From a virus, in IMG/VR virus record IMGVR_UViG_2671181139_000002: 38,523 nt of DNA, one strand, 5' to 3'. A program made the translations under genes and the position numbers. This document shows, piece by piece, positions 22,331 to 31,804 of this stretch; position 1 is the stretch's first letter; the number at the start of each line of letters is the position of its first letter. The notes below the pieces were generated by a model that was not told the origin of the DNA, searched no databases, and saw only the letters and a program-made list of their open reading frames with translations.

Positions 22331-23292
22331 TCTAAAGGTTTTCACGGCTTATTTAAGAATTTATCTTAAAGGAGGGATTCATAAAAATATACAGATTATA
22401 AATTTATAAATTATTAGCTTGTAGAGTAGTTTTAAAATGACTCTGTAACTCATACAGTAGAAAGTATAGAAACTCACTAACGTTCGTTCCCATCCTTTCG
22501 CTAACGCTACTGAAATTAGAGACTACAGTACCAACAATAGAACCAAAACAAACAATAACTATGTAACGTCATTAAAAGATTTCAAACTCCCTTACGGTCG
22601 TTCTCATCTTTTACCTCCTTTAAAATAATCAAACAACAATCAAAACCAATACAAGCAACGTCATAAAAGACTTACGTTCCCTCTGAGGAGGTCACTTACT
22701 CTTTTATTCCTTTTAGACTCAGTATCGTTATTATTTCGTTCCGCTAAGGCGTCACTCATAATAACTACATTACTTTCTACAGATTTAGTAATGGTACTCC
22801 GAGAGGGTACACCGACCCTCTCTCCTCTTAACCATTAATCTATGTCAGTCTGCTATTGCTGAAGAAGTACTAATTAGCAAAGACTGATCTTTAAAGGTCT
22901 TTAATTAAAAGTAATGAAGGAAAGGACTGATTTTGTAGATTGGTACTCTTCATAGAAGTACTTTAGATAGGGCTTCAGGCTTGAGAAGAAACTCATACTC
23001 GCTAAGGCTCGTATTCCTTTCTTACGCTATCGCTCTCACCTTACGAGCCTATATTTATTGACATACAGAATATTCTGTATTGTATATCAATAGGTTAATA
23101 TATATACTATACATATATTCAAAGTTTATAGCTCTTCATTTCCCCAAGTGAAGAGCTTTTTTTATACTTAAACTTGACTTGTATATTAATTTATGTTATA
23201 AGAACATATTAAATTCATAAGTAAAAATAATAACAATAGAGAGATCAGTCTCTCCCTATAACAACTAAAACTAAAACTAAAGAGAATAAATA

Positions 23293-23637
23293 ATGTACTC
23301 AATCTATATCATCAAACAAGATAATCAACCTATTCACATTACAGCTCATACACTCAATCCTGATATGTCAGACAAGGATAAGTTAGAAGTCTTAATGTCA
23401 TTAGCCACTACCCCTTTAAACCTTCTCAGAGCTTACACACAGCACAAAGAAAGCATTTCTGTATCAACCTATAAGACAGATCTTACAAACGAGCTAGAAG
23501 CAAATAGAGAGGTTTTAGAAGCTATTGAAATATTCATTAATAGAACTATTAAAACACCTATTAATGAAACCACTATAGAGCCTGAAATACTTGAAATAAA
23601 AAAGCCTTCTCGTAAAAGAACAAAGAAGGCTTCTTAA
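23293..23637 (+). CDS. Hypothetical protein, 114 aa
   Basis: Intact ORF, convergent with the toxin gene. Confidence 0.45.
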   Translation: MYSIYIIKQDNQPIHITAHTLNPDMSDKDKLEVLMSLATTPLNLLRAYTQHKESISVSTYKTDLTNELEANREVLEAIEIFINRTIKTPINETTIEPEILEIKKPSRKRTKKAS

Positions 23638-23904
23638 TTACATCTGCTTATAGATGGTATCTCTTCGATCTACATCAAGCACAAGGACAACAATTACATC
23701 ATCCTTAACTTGGTATACGAGTCTATACCCTGCTGACTTCAGTTTAATCTTATATAGATCAACTGAACCTCTAAGCTTATTTTTAGGTATCTTGGGGTTC
23801 TCAAGTATTGCTTCGAGCTTACGGATAAACTGCTCAGCGATTTGTGGATTAAGTTTATCAAACTTCTTTAGAGCTGTTTTTGTGAACTCTAGTTCGTAAC
23901 TCAT
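23638..23904 (-). CDS. RelE/ParE-family toxin
   Basis: MSYELEFTKTALKKFDKLNPQIAEQFIRKLEAIL...LRGSVDLYKIKLKSAGYRLVYQVKDDVIVVLVLDVDRRD. Confidence 0.85.
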   Translation of the reverse strand: MSYELEFTKTALKKFDKLNPQIAEQFIRKLEAILENPKIPKNKLRGSVDLYKIKLKSAGYRLVYQVKDDVIVVLVLDVDRRDTIYKQM

Positions 23905-24142
23905 TAATAGATACCTTTACTGTTTCTTCAGTATCGACTTGTTCAGCTAGTTTTAATAGTTCCTGATCTTCAATCAAATCCATCATGCGGTCATATAGTG
24001 CTGCTGGAACACAATAGAACTCTGGATTATTCCTATTCAAGATAGCAACTGCTTCGCCATAAGCATTCTGTACTACCGCTTTAGGATTCTTTTTTAGTTC
24101 AGAAACACTAGCCACATATCGACTATGGATTATGTGATTCAT
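23858..24142 (-). CDS. Phd/YefM-family antitoxin
   Basis: HSRYVASVSELKKNPKAVVQNAYGEAVAILNRNNPEFYCVPAALYDRM; overlaps and precedes the toxin. Confidence 0.8.
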   Translation of the reverse strand: MNHIIHSRYVASVSELKKNPKAVVQNAYGEAVAILNRNNPEFYCVPAALYDRMMDLIEDQELLKLAEQVDTEETVKVSINELRTRVHKNSSKEV

Positions 24143-24234
24143 ACCTAACTCCTTAGTTGCTTACACAATATAACTAATTTAAAGACCTAATACAAGATCT
24201 CTTATGTGGTCTCTTAATTGGTCATGAGGGGAAA

Positions 24235-24595
24235 ATGAAAATAACAGGACAAAAGCGTCAAGCCTTTATAGACGCTGCTACTAAGAATGGTGGACAGGCT
24301 ATTTTCTATATATTGAAGTGTTCTTCTTCTGACGAGACCTTCTATAAGATACGGAATCACAGTTAATAACATTTTAGTTAGATACGCTAACCCCAAGCTT
24401 ATGCCTTATGACTGGCAGATACTTTTAGAGCATTCAGGCTCACCAGAATCTATATGGGATATGGAACGTGAACATAAAGTAGCTATGACAGATTTTCACT
24501 ATCTACCTTCCATCTCTTTCGCTGGTAGTAAAACAGAATGCTATACACAACTATCAGAAGTACTAACAAATCTGACGAATGGTACGACAAGCTAA
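24235..24595 (+). CDS. Phage protein of unknown function, recoded at 24352; weak GIY-YIG/T5orf172-like resemblance
   Basis: MKITGQKRQAFIDAATKNGGQAIFYILKCSSSDETFYKI-[G]-ITVNNILVRYANPKLMPYDWQILLEHSGSPESIWDMEREHK. The CGGA shift fuses an unannotated ORF to ORF 24401..24595 (361-1=120 codons). Confidence 0.6.
24352..24355 (+). other. Quadruplet recoding site CGGA to Gly (+1)
   Basis: ATA [CGGA] ATC; restores FYKIGITVNN. Confidence 0.85.
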
Positions 24596-24689
24596 GTCGT
24601 CTTTTTGATTTATAAGAAATTAATAAATTTGAATTTTATATTTCTCATCTCTACCATTATCTTGATTATGTAACGTATTCAAGATAACC

Positions 24690-26012
24690 ATGCAAGAAAG
24701 AGCTTTTGCTTTAGTAGATGTAAACAACTGCTATGTTAGTTGTGAACGTGTATTTCAGCCTAAATTAAATAATAAACCTGTCATCGTCTTAAGTAACAAT
24801 GATGGTTGTGCTGTTGCTCGCAGCAATGAAGCTAAAGCTTTAGGAATAAAAATGGGTGTTCCCCTCTTCAAAATAAAAGATATAGTTGAGCAAAATAATG
24901 TAGTGGTGCTTTCAAGCAATTACACGGTTTATGCTGAAATGAGTAAGCGTTTTCATTCCATACTTAATCAATTTGTTTCTGATCAAGACCAAGAAATTTA
25001 CAGTATTGATGAATGCTTCTTAGACCTTACTAGTTTTAGTAGTTTGTACGACCTATCAGAATATTCTCACACTATTAAAAATAAGGTGCTGAGGGACATT
25101 GGCTTACCTGTTTCAGTTGGTTTAGGTAGGTCGAAAACGGAAGCCAAGATAGCAAACTTCTTAGCTAAGAAGATGAATCATTTTAAAGGGGTTTGTGATT
25201 TGGTTTCTCTCGATCCTCTTATTAAAGAAGACATCTTTCAGGACATCCCTTTAAATGAAGTATGGGGTGTGGGAAGACAGATCTCTAAACAATTAAATAG
25301 CTTTGGCTTTTCCTCTGTCTATGACCTAGCTGTTGCGAATCCAGTATGGATCAAAAAACAATTCAGTGTAGTTTTAGCAAGAACAGTAATGGAATTAAGA
25401 GGAGTTCCATGTATTGAAATTGAGCATACACCACCAAGTCAAAAACAAATTATTTCCTCTAAGTCATTTGGTCAACGTGTCACAGCAATAGAAGACCTTC
25501 GAGAAGCAATTTCTCGCTATACACAAGATGCATTCAGAAGACTTAGAAAAGCTAATTTACTGTGTGGCTGTATTATCGTTTTCGCTCACTCCAATCCATT
25601 TGATACTTCAAGAAAGTACTACTATAAAAGCTCAACTACAGGTTTTCCCATCCCTACAGACAATGTACTTACACTGGTTAAAGCAGCAGTAAGATTAATC
25701 GAAAAGGTATATACAGACGGCATAGAATATAAAAAGTGTGGCTTGATCTTAACAGGACTAGAGCCTAAATCTTTATTCACGTATGACCTCCTAACAGATA
25801 TGGAAGACATAGAAAGACAAGAAAGATTAATGACAGCATTTGAGTCTGTCTCTGATAAATATGGCAAGAAGAAACTTGCTGTAGGTTCTTGTATGCTGCC
25901 TGATCGTAAATGGTCTATGAGTAGAAATAACTTAACTCAAAACTATTTCTCATGGGATGGCTTACTTACTATCTCAGATCCACCTCTCCCCTCTCGTATT
26001 ATCGTTCCATAA
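24690..26012 (+). CDS. umuC: UmuC-family (Y-family) error-prone DNA polymerase
   Basis: [48 protein letters not shown]...[11 protein letters not shown]. No in-frame CGG. Confidence 0.92.
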   Translation: MQERAFALVDVNNCYVSCERVFQPKLNNKPVIVLSNNDGCAVARSNEAKALGIKMGVPLFKIKDIVEQNNVVVLSSNYTVYAEMSKRFHSILNQFVSDQDQEIYSIDECFLDLTSFSSLYDLSEYSHTIKNKVLRDIGLPVSVGLGRSKTEAKIANFLAKKMNHFKGVCDLVSLDPLIKEDIFQDIPLNEVWGVGRQISKQLNSFGFSSVYDLAVANPVWIKKQFSVVLARTVMELRGVPCIEIEHTPPSQKQIISSKSFGQRVTAIEDLREAISRYTQDAFRRLRKANLLCGCIIVFAHSNPFDTSRKYYYKSSTTGFPIPTDNVLTLVKAAVRLIEKVYTDGIEYKKCGLILTGLEPKSLFTYDLLTDMEDIERQERLMTAFESVSDKYGKKKLAVGSCMLPDRKWSMSRNNLTQNYFSWDGLLTISDPPLPSRIIVP

Positions 26013-26386
26013 ATGATACGTTTATGCGTAAACTTGACTTTTCATTTCATTTCTGATACACTCCTTTTCATACCTTTAGAAGTTTAAACATCTTCTATTG
26101 CGTTAGACATTATATTTCCTTCCCTCTATTTATTGTCCTCTCCTTCAATACTTAGAGAATAAAAATCATTGTGCAAAGCAATAACTAAAAGAGAGACATT
26201 CAAAACATCAAAGAGAGATAGCCAAAGCAACAACATAACAATAATTATAAGCTGCTACGTTATCTCTCTTTTTTGTTATCTATTAATACATCTATTAACA
26301 CAACTAATAATAGCAGATAAATACGGCTTAAATGGCTTGTCACGTATATGTGTGCGCGCCTTTTGCCATAACGAAGAGATAATCAA

Positions 26387-26581
26387 ATGGGATCAAAACC
26401 TAAAGTAGTGCAAGGACCAACGGCTGAAGAACAAGCTAAATTAGCAGCAGACCAAGCAGCCTTAGAAACAAATGCAGACCAAGCATTAAGAAAGAGACAG
26501 CGTAAATCAACGATTCTTAGTTCTCTTGATATGACAGCTCCACAAGAAACAGCATTAGGAAAAACAAATACAGGAACATAA
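26387..26581 (+). CDS. Small virion/assembly hypothetical protein
   Basis: Short intact ORF directly before the portal gene. Confidence 0.45.
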   Translation: MGSKPKVVQGPTAEEQAKLAADQAALETNADQALRKRQRKSTILSSLDMTAPQETALGKTNTGT

Positions 26582-26585
26582 ACCA

Positions 26586-28249
26586 ATGAACGCAATTCAA
26601 TTGATTAAGCGTGTTGGTGAGTTAAAGACAGAACGAATTAAACATGAAACTATATGGGCTGAGTTATATAGATATGGTGCTCCAGAGAGACAACAAAGCT
26701 TTCAAGATGCAGCTCAGAATGGATTAGAAGACATTAGACGACAAGAACGATCTAAGCTCTTTGATACAACAGCAGCAGAAGCAATACAGCTCTTCGTTTC
26801 CTCTATCATTTCAGCTACTACCCCAGCATCAAGCAAATGGTTTAAAGCAGTACCGGGTGGAATAGATAACCCTGAACAAATGACACATGGTGAACAGTGG
26901 TTAGAAACTGTAACTGATTTTATGTATAGGAACGTACACGCTTCTAATTTTGATTCTGAAGTATCTGACTACCTTACTGATTTAGTAGTAGCTCGGATGG
27001 GCTGTAATGTATGTAGACAATAAGCCTGAAGGTGGTCTTGTCTTTAATACATGGAACATCGGCTCTTGTTATATCTCTTCTACACAAGCTAATGGACTCA
27101 TTGATACAGTTTTTCGTGAGTATGAATTAACAGCACAACAAGCAATTAAAGAATTTGGAATAGAGAATGTATCAGACAGGCTTAAACGTATATCTGAGTC
27201 AAAGCCTGACAGTAAACATAGATTCATTCACGCTATCTACCCTAGAGACTCAAAAGAAGTTAAAGGTGAAGAAGGCAGAAGATTAAATAAAGCTATGCCC
27301 TTCGCTTCAGTACACTTAGAAGTACAAGCAAAACACATAGTTAAAGAAGGTGGTTATAACGAGTTTCCATGTGTTGTGAGTCGTTTTAGAAAGCTTCCTG
27401 ATAGCTTCTACGGTATAGGACAAATGGCTTTAGCATTAGCAGATGCTCGTACATGTAACGATATAGTTAAGCTTACGTTGCAATCAGCAGAACTATCATT
27501 AGGTGGTTTATGGATTGCTCAGAATGATGGTGTCATCAATCCTCATACATTACGTATCAGACCTAGAGCAGTGATTACAGCTAACAGTGTTGATTCAATT
27601 AAGAGACTCGATACAGGACAACAAGTAGATCTAGGTTTAGACCTTCTCAATCACTTTCAAGCAAAGATTAAACGTGTATTGATGTCTGACCAGCTAACCC
27701 CTATTGGCTCCTCTCCTCTTACAGCAACAGAAGTAACAGCAAGAGTAAATACATACAGACAACAGCTACGGAGCTGTATTTGGAAGACTACAAGCAGAAT
27801 ATCTACAAGGCTTATTAGAACGTGTTTGGTTCTTATGTCTTCGTAGTGGTGTATTGCCCCCTGCCCCTGAAGAACTAATGACGGCTTCTCGTATTTCCTT
27901 TCAATTCATTAATCCATTAGCAGCAGCACAAAAACTTGAACATGTAACAGCAATACAAAACCTAATGATGAATGTAGGACAACTGGCTCAACTAGATCCA
28001 AACATCCTAGACAACGTCAACATGGATAACATTACTCAGATCATGGGTGATGGTTTAGGTGTACCAATGACTGTATTAAGAACAGATGATGAAGTACAAC
28101 AGCTCAGACAGGCTAAACAACAGAAACAACAGGCAATGCAACAACAACAGATGATGCAGCAAGTAGGCTCTACAGGTTTAGATATAGCGAAAGATCAAGC
28201 TAAGAATATGACACCTGAACAAATTGCAGGAGTATTAGATAGTGAATAA
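26586..28249 (+). CDS. Portal (head-tail connector) protein, 553 aa after recodings at 26994 and 27769
   Basis: T7-like connector features: YGAPERQQSFQ...TMGEQW-like segment...VVA-[G]-WAVMYVDNKPEGG...SSPLTATEVTARVNTYRQQL-[G]-AVFGRLQAEYLQGLLERVWFL. Joined length is 1664-2=554 codons. Confidence 0.85.
26994..26997 (+). other. Quadruplet recoding site CGGA to Gly (+1) in the portal
   Basis: GCT [CGGA] TGG; restores VVAGWAVMYVDNKPEGG. Confidence 0.92.
27769..27772 (+). other. Quadruplet recoding site CGGA to Gly (+1) in the portal
   Basis: CTA [CGGA] GCT; restores RQQLGAVFGRLQ. Confidence 0.92.
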
Positions 28250-28433
28250 TAAATATAGTGTGTTTACGCATGGAGATGGATTAATAGTTTTGGATGAGTT
28301 GATACAGCTTTTCCACACATCATTTCCCTTTGATAAAGACTCAGCAACACAGACAGCATTTAACTTAGGTCAACAGGATGTAGTGAATTACATACTTTCA
28401 AAGATCAAAGAAACAGAAGTAACAATAGAATAA
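28242..28433 (+). CDS. Hypothetical protein
   Basis: Overlaps the portal stop. Compact late operon. Confidence 0.4.
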   Translation: MNNKYSVFTHGDGLIVLDELIQLFHTSFPFDKDSATQTAFNLGQQDVVNYILSKIKETEVTIE

Positions 28434-28460
28434 ATAATAGAACTACTAATGGAATACTAA

Positions 28461-29160
28461 ATGAATGTATTAGTCGCATGTGAAGAGAGTCAAGCAGTAA
28501 CAAAGGAACTAAGAGCATTAGGACATAACGCTTATAGCTGTGACCTACTTCCCTCTTCAGGTGGACATCCTGAATGGCATTTTAAAGCAGATGTTTTTGA
28601 AGTGATAGATTCAAGGGGAGGTATATTAGAAGATGGTAGTACAGTACAAGTTTCAGAATGGGACATGATGATTGCACATCCACCATGTACATACTTAGCT
28701 GTAAGTGGTAACTCATGGTTTTATCATCCTGAAGATAAGCATTTACCTACAGATCAAAGAAGACCTCATCCACGCTTTCCTGATAGACAACAACATAGAG
28801 AAGAAGCATTACAGTTTTTCATCAAGCTCTACAATGCACCTATACAAAGAATAGCTATAGAGAATCCAGTACGGAACAGTAAATACTAGATTCATGAAGC
28901 CTACACAGATCATCCAGCCTTATATGTTTGGTGATGAAGCAAGTAAGAAAACTTGTTTATGGCTTAAAGGTCTTCCCTCTCTAACACCTACTGACATTGT
29001 TGGTAAAGGTGAAATGATTACTTATGCAAGTGGTAAGAGAATGCCTAAATGGTATGTAGATGCTTTAACGACAGCAAAGACAGCAGCAGAAAGACAAACG
29101 ATAAGAAGTAAAACATTTCCGGGTATAGCTAAAGCAATGGCTACTCAATGGACAAAATAA
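28461..29160 (+). CDS. DNA methyltransferase-like phage protein, recoded at 28872
   Basis: MNVLVACEESQAVTKELRALGHNAYSCDLLPSSGGHPEWHF...MIAHPPCTYLAVSG...IENPV-[G]-TVNTRFMKPTQIIQPYMFGDEASKKTCLWLKGLP; HPPCTYL motif. Joined length is 700-1=233 codons. Confidence 0.65.
28872..28875 (+). other. Quadruplet recoding site CGGA to Gly (+1)
   Basis: GTA [CGGA] ACA; restores IENPVGTVNTRF. Confidence 0.9.
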
Positions 29161-29172
29161 TAAAGAGTAAAT

Positions 29173-29931
29173 ATGACAGATACAATTATTAATGAAACTA
29201 CAGATTCACCTACCAATACAACTATTAAAGAATCTAATGAAGCATCTACTATTTTGAGTGGAATGAATACAGAGCAAGAGATTGCCTTTCCTGAGAAGTT
29301 TAAAGTAACAGCAGAAGATGGATCAGTAGACTATAAAGCTACCCTATCTAAAATGAATGAGTCTTATACAGGCTTAGAGAAAAGAATTGGTTCAGGTGAT
29401 TTGCCACCTAAAGATGTAGCTGGTTATAAACTAGATCGAGAAGACTTTGAGCAATTTAAATCAGATGAATCTAATCAAGCTTTCCTCACTAAAGCACATG
29501 AACATGGCATTACTAATAAACAGTTAGACTTCCTATTAAGTGAGTATGACTCTCGCGTTGTAGACCTAGTAACGACATCAGCTCAATTAGATACAGATAC
29601 AGTAGTGAACTCATTAAAGACAGAATGGGGTTCATCTTATGATGTGAACATGCGTAATGCATTTAAAGGAGCTACTACAGCAGGCTTAACTATAGACGAG
29701 TTCAATGATCCTCTAGTTGGTAATAACAAAGCTCTTATTAAACTAGCAGCTTACTATGGCTCTCAACTCAATGAAGACAATCCTATTCAATCAGGACAAG
29801 TACCTGTAGCGGATGACATAGAAACGTTAATGAGATCTGAAGCATTTCTCAATACTAAGCATCCTGAACATAAAGCAGTAACAGCAAGAATCAATGCAGC
29901 TTATGCCAAAGGCTTCTCTATTAAACGCTAA
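29173..29931 (+). CDS. Capsid assembly/scaffolding protein
   Basis: Acidic protein immediately upstream of the capsid gene. No in-frame CGG, intact. Confidence 0.65.
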   Translation: MTDTIINETTDSPTNTTIKESNEASTILSGMNTEQEIAFPEKFKVTAEDGSVDYKATLSKMNESYTGLEKRIGSGDLPPKDVAGYKLDREDFEQFKSDESNQAFLTKAHEHGITNKQLDFLLSEYDSRVVDLVTTSAQLDTDTVVNSLKTEWGSSYDVNMRNAFKGATTAGLTIDEFNDPLVGNNKALIKLAAYYGSQLNEDNPIQSGQVPVADDIETLMRSEAFLNTKHPEHKAVTARINAAYAKGFSIKR

Positions 29932-29942
29932 AGAATACTTAT

Positions 29943-30018
29943 GCGGGTATAGCTTAATGGTAGAGTGGCAAGACTTCCGACTTTGCAGGTATGGATTCGA
30001 TTTCCATTATCCGCTCCA
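29943..30018 (+). tRNA. Non-canonical phage tRNA-Gly with expanded anticodon loop containing UCCG (proposed CGGN quadruplet decoder)
   Basis: GCGGGTA-TA-GCTT-AATGGTA-GAGT-G-GCAAG-ACTTCCGAC-TTTGC-AGGT-ATGGA-TTCGATT-TCCAT-TATCCGC-T-CCA. Acceptor 7 bp, D stem 4 bp (two G-U), anticodon stem 5 bp with a 9-nt loop, T arm 5 bp with TTCGATT, discriminator U73, encoded CCA. Confidence 0.9.
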
Positions 30019-30250
30019 ATATAGCTCCCATACTGGCGCATGGACAAAGCTTACAGCCATATATAGAGAATGAATGTAGAACGGCTCTCTATGTATTCAA
30101 TTACTCATCAGCCTTCAATTGAAGATAACTGAAACTTTATTATAAATTCTACTCATACAACAATAAAAGAAACTAACAATAGAACTAAAAATAACCTAAT
30201 AATAGAACTATTGTTGAAACTAAAAATAATAATTAAGGAATAACATAACA

Positions 30251-31139
30251 ATGGCTTATGCAACAATCGATAGCGTATTCGTGCGCCAATATCACGATAC
30301 TTACACAGTATTGTGCGAACAAAAAGAATCTAAACTTTTATCTACCATCACTAATGAAGGTGAAATCAATGGTAGTTCATTCACAGTAAATGAAATGTCT
30401 GGTATGGCTGATCCAACAGCTTTAACTACTCGTTTTGGTGATACAGCTTATTCAGAAGTAGACTTTGCATCACGCTTAGCTACGATGAGCAACTACGCTA
30501 ACTTCACTCACATTGCTCCACAAGACTTACCTAAGCTTAAAGCACATCCACAAGATGAAATGATTCAACGCTTAGTCTCAGCTCGTAACCGTAAGATTGA
30601 TAGCATCATCTATAATGCATTGATTGGTACAGCTCAACGTAAAACTACTGAAGCAGATACATTTACAGCAGTAGCATTACCAGCAGATCAACAAATTGGT
30701 AACTCTACAACTCCTGTAACTTTCAATAAGCAATTACTTATCGACATTCGTACTAAGTTTATGGAAAACGAAGTACCAGATGATGAAGAGATCATTGTGA
30801 CTTACAACAGCGACATGTTAGCAAAGATTCTTTCTGACTCTACTTTAACTTCAGCAGATTACTTACAAGGTCAAATGCTACAACGTGGTGAAATTAATAC
30901 TTTCCTACGGATTTAAATGGGTTCATTACGAAAAGATCAAAGCTACTCCAGCTTCAACTTATGCTACTGGTATTGCTTATACATCTAAAGCATTAAAGTT
31001 TGGTAGTGCAGCTATTTCACCTCTTAAAGTAGTAGAGCGTGAAGATAAAAACCGTACTATCTCTATTGGTCACATTGATTCTTATGGTGCAGTACGTACG
31101 GATGAGAAACGTGTACTAGCATTTACTTTCACTGTTTAA
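30251..31139 (+). CDS. Major capsid protein, 295 aa after recoding at 30908
   Basis: ...GQMLQRGEINTFL-[G]-FKWVHYEKIKATPASTYATGIAYTSKALKFGSAAISPLKVVERED. Follows the scaffold gene. Joined length is 889-1=296 codons. Confidence 0.85.
30908..30911 (+). other. Quadruplet recoding site CGGA to Gly (+1) in the major capsid protein
   Basis: CTA [CGGA] TTT; restores INTFLGFKWVHYEK. Unshifted reading stops after CGG ATT TAA. Confidence 0.92.
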
Positions 31140-31242
31140 TTTAATTCTAATAATAGAACTAATATAAAACCTAACAATAAGTGCTCTTTTGCTTCTAATA
31201 GTAGAAGGGCATTTCAACTAATAATAATTCTAAAGGCATCCA

Positions 31243-31801
31243 ATGACAGATAAAGTAAACATAGTTAATAATGCACTATCATTAATTGGTGCTTCTTCCA
31301 TTACCAGCTTTGAAGAGAATACAGCGAATGCTAGACGTGTAAAGACGATCTATGACACATCACGTAAAGCTCTTTTAAGGCTTCATCCCTTTCAGTGCTC
31401 TATCAAGAGAATCAAACTATCTCCTTTAGCTGAACCTCCTGTATTTGGCTATTCATACCAATATCAACTACCCGATGATCTTATACGCATCATCAATGCA
31501 AATACTGAAGACTATGCTGTAGAGACAGATAAGCTTTTATCAAATAGTAATGAACTCAACCTTGTCTATGTTTTCGATAACCGGGAATGAAGAGACATAC
31601 GATTCATTATTTGCTGAGTGCTTAGTTTTATATCTTGCTTACAAGCTGGGTAAATCAGTAACAGGCTCACAAGGTACATCAGATGGGTACTACCAACAGG
31701 TACAGGCACTCATACAACAAGCTAAGGCAGTACAAGCACAAGAAACACCTTCTCAACTCTTTGGATCAGACCAAGACTACACTCTAACTAACAGGTATTA
31801 A
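31243..31801 (+). CDS. Tail tubular protein A (T7 gp11-like), recoded at 31582
   Basis: VNIVNNALSLIGASSITSFEENTANARRVKTIYDTSRKALLRLHPF...LVYVFDN-[G]-NEETYDSLFAECLVLYLAYKLGKSVTGS. Joined length is 559-1=186 codons. Confidence 0.85.
31582..31585 (+). other. Quadruplet recoding site CGGG to Gly (+1)
   Basis: AAC [CGGG] AAT; restores VFDNGNEETYDS. Confidence 0.9.
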
Positions 31802-31804
31802 TTG

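Noticed and set aside
29943-30018. Ordinary tRNA-Gly(UCC) compensating codon bias
   Set aside because: A normal tRNA-Gly has a 7-nt loop and usually A at position 37. This one has a 2-nt longer anticodon arm with G following UCC. It would not explain 23 exact CGGN frame changes unless it reads four bases.
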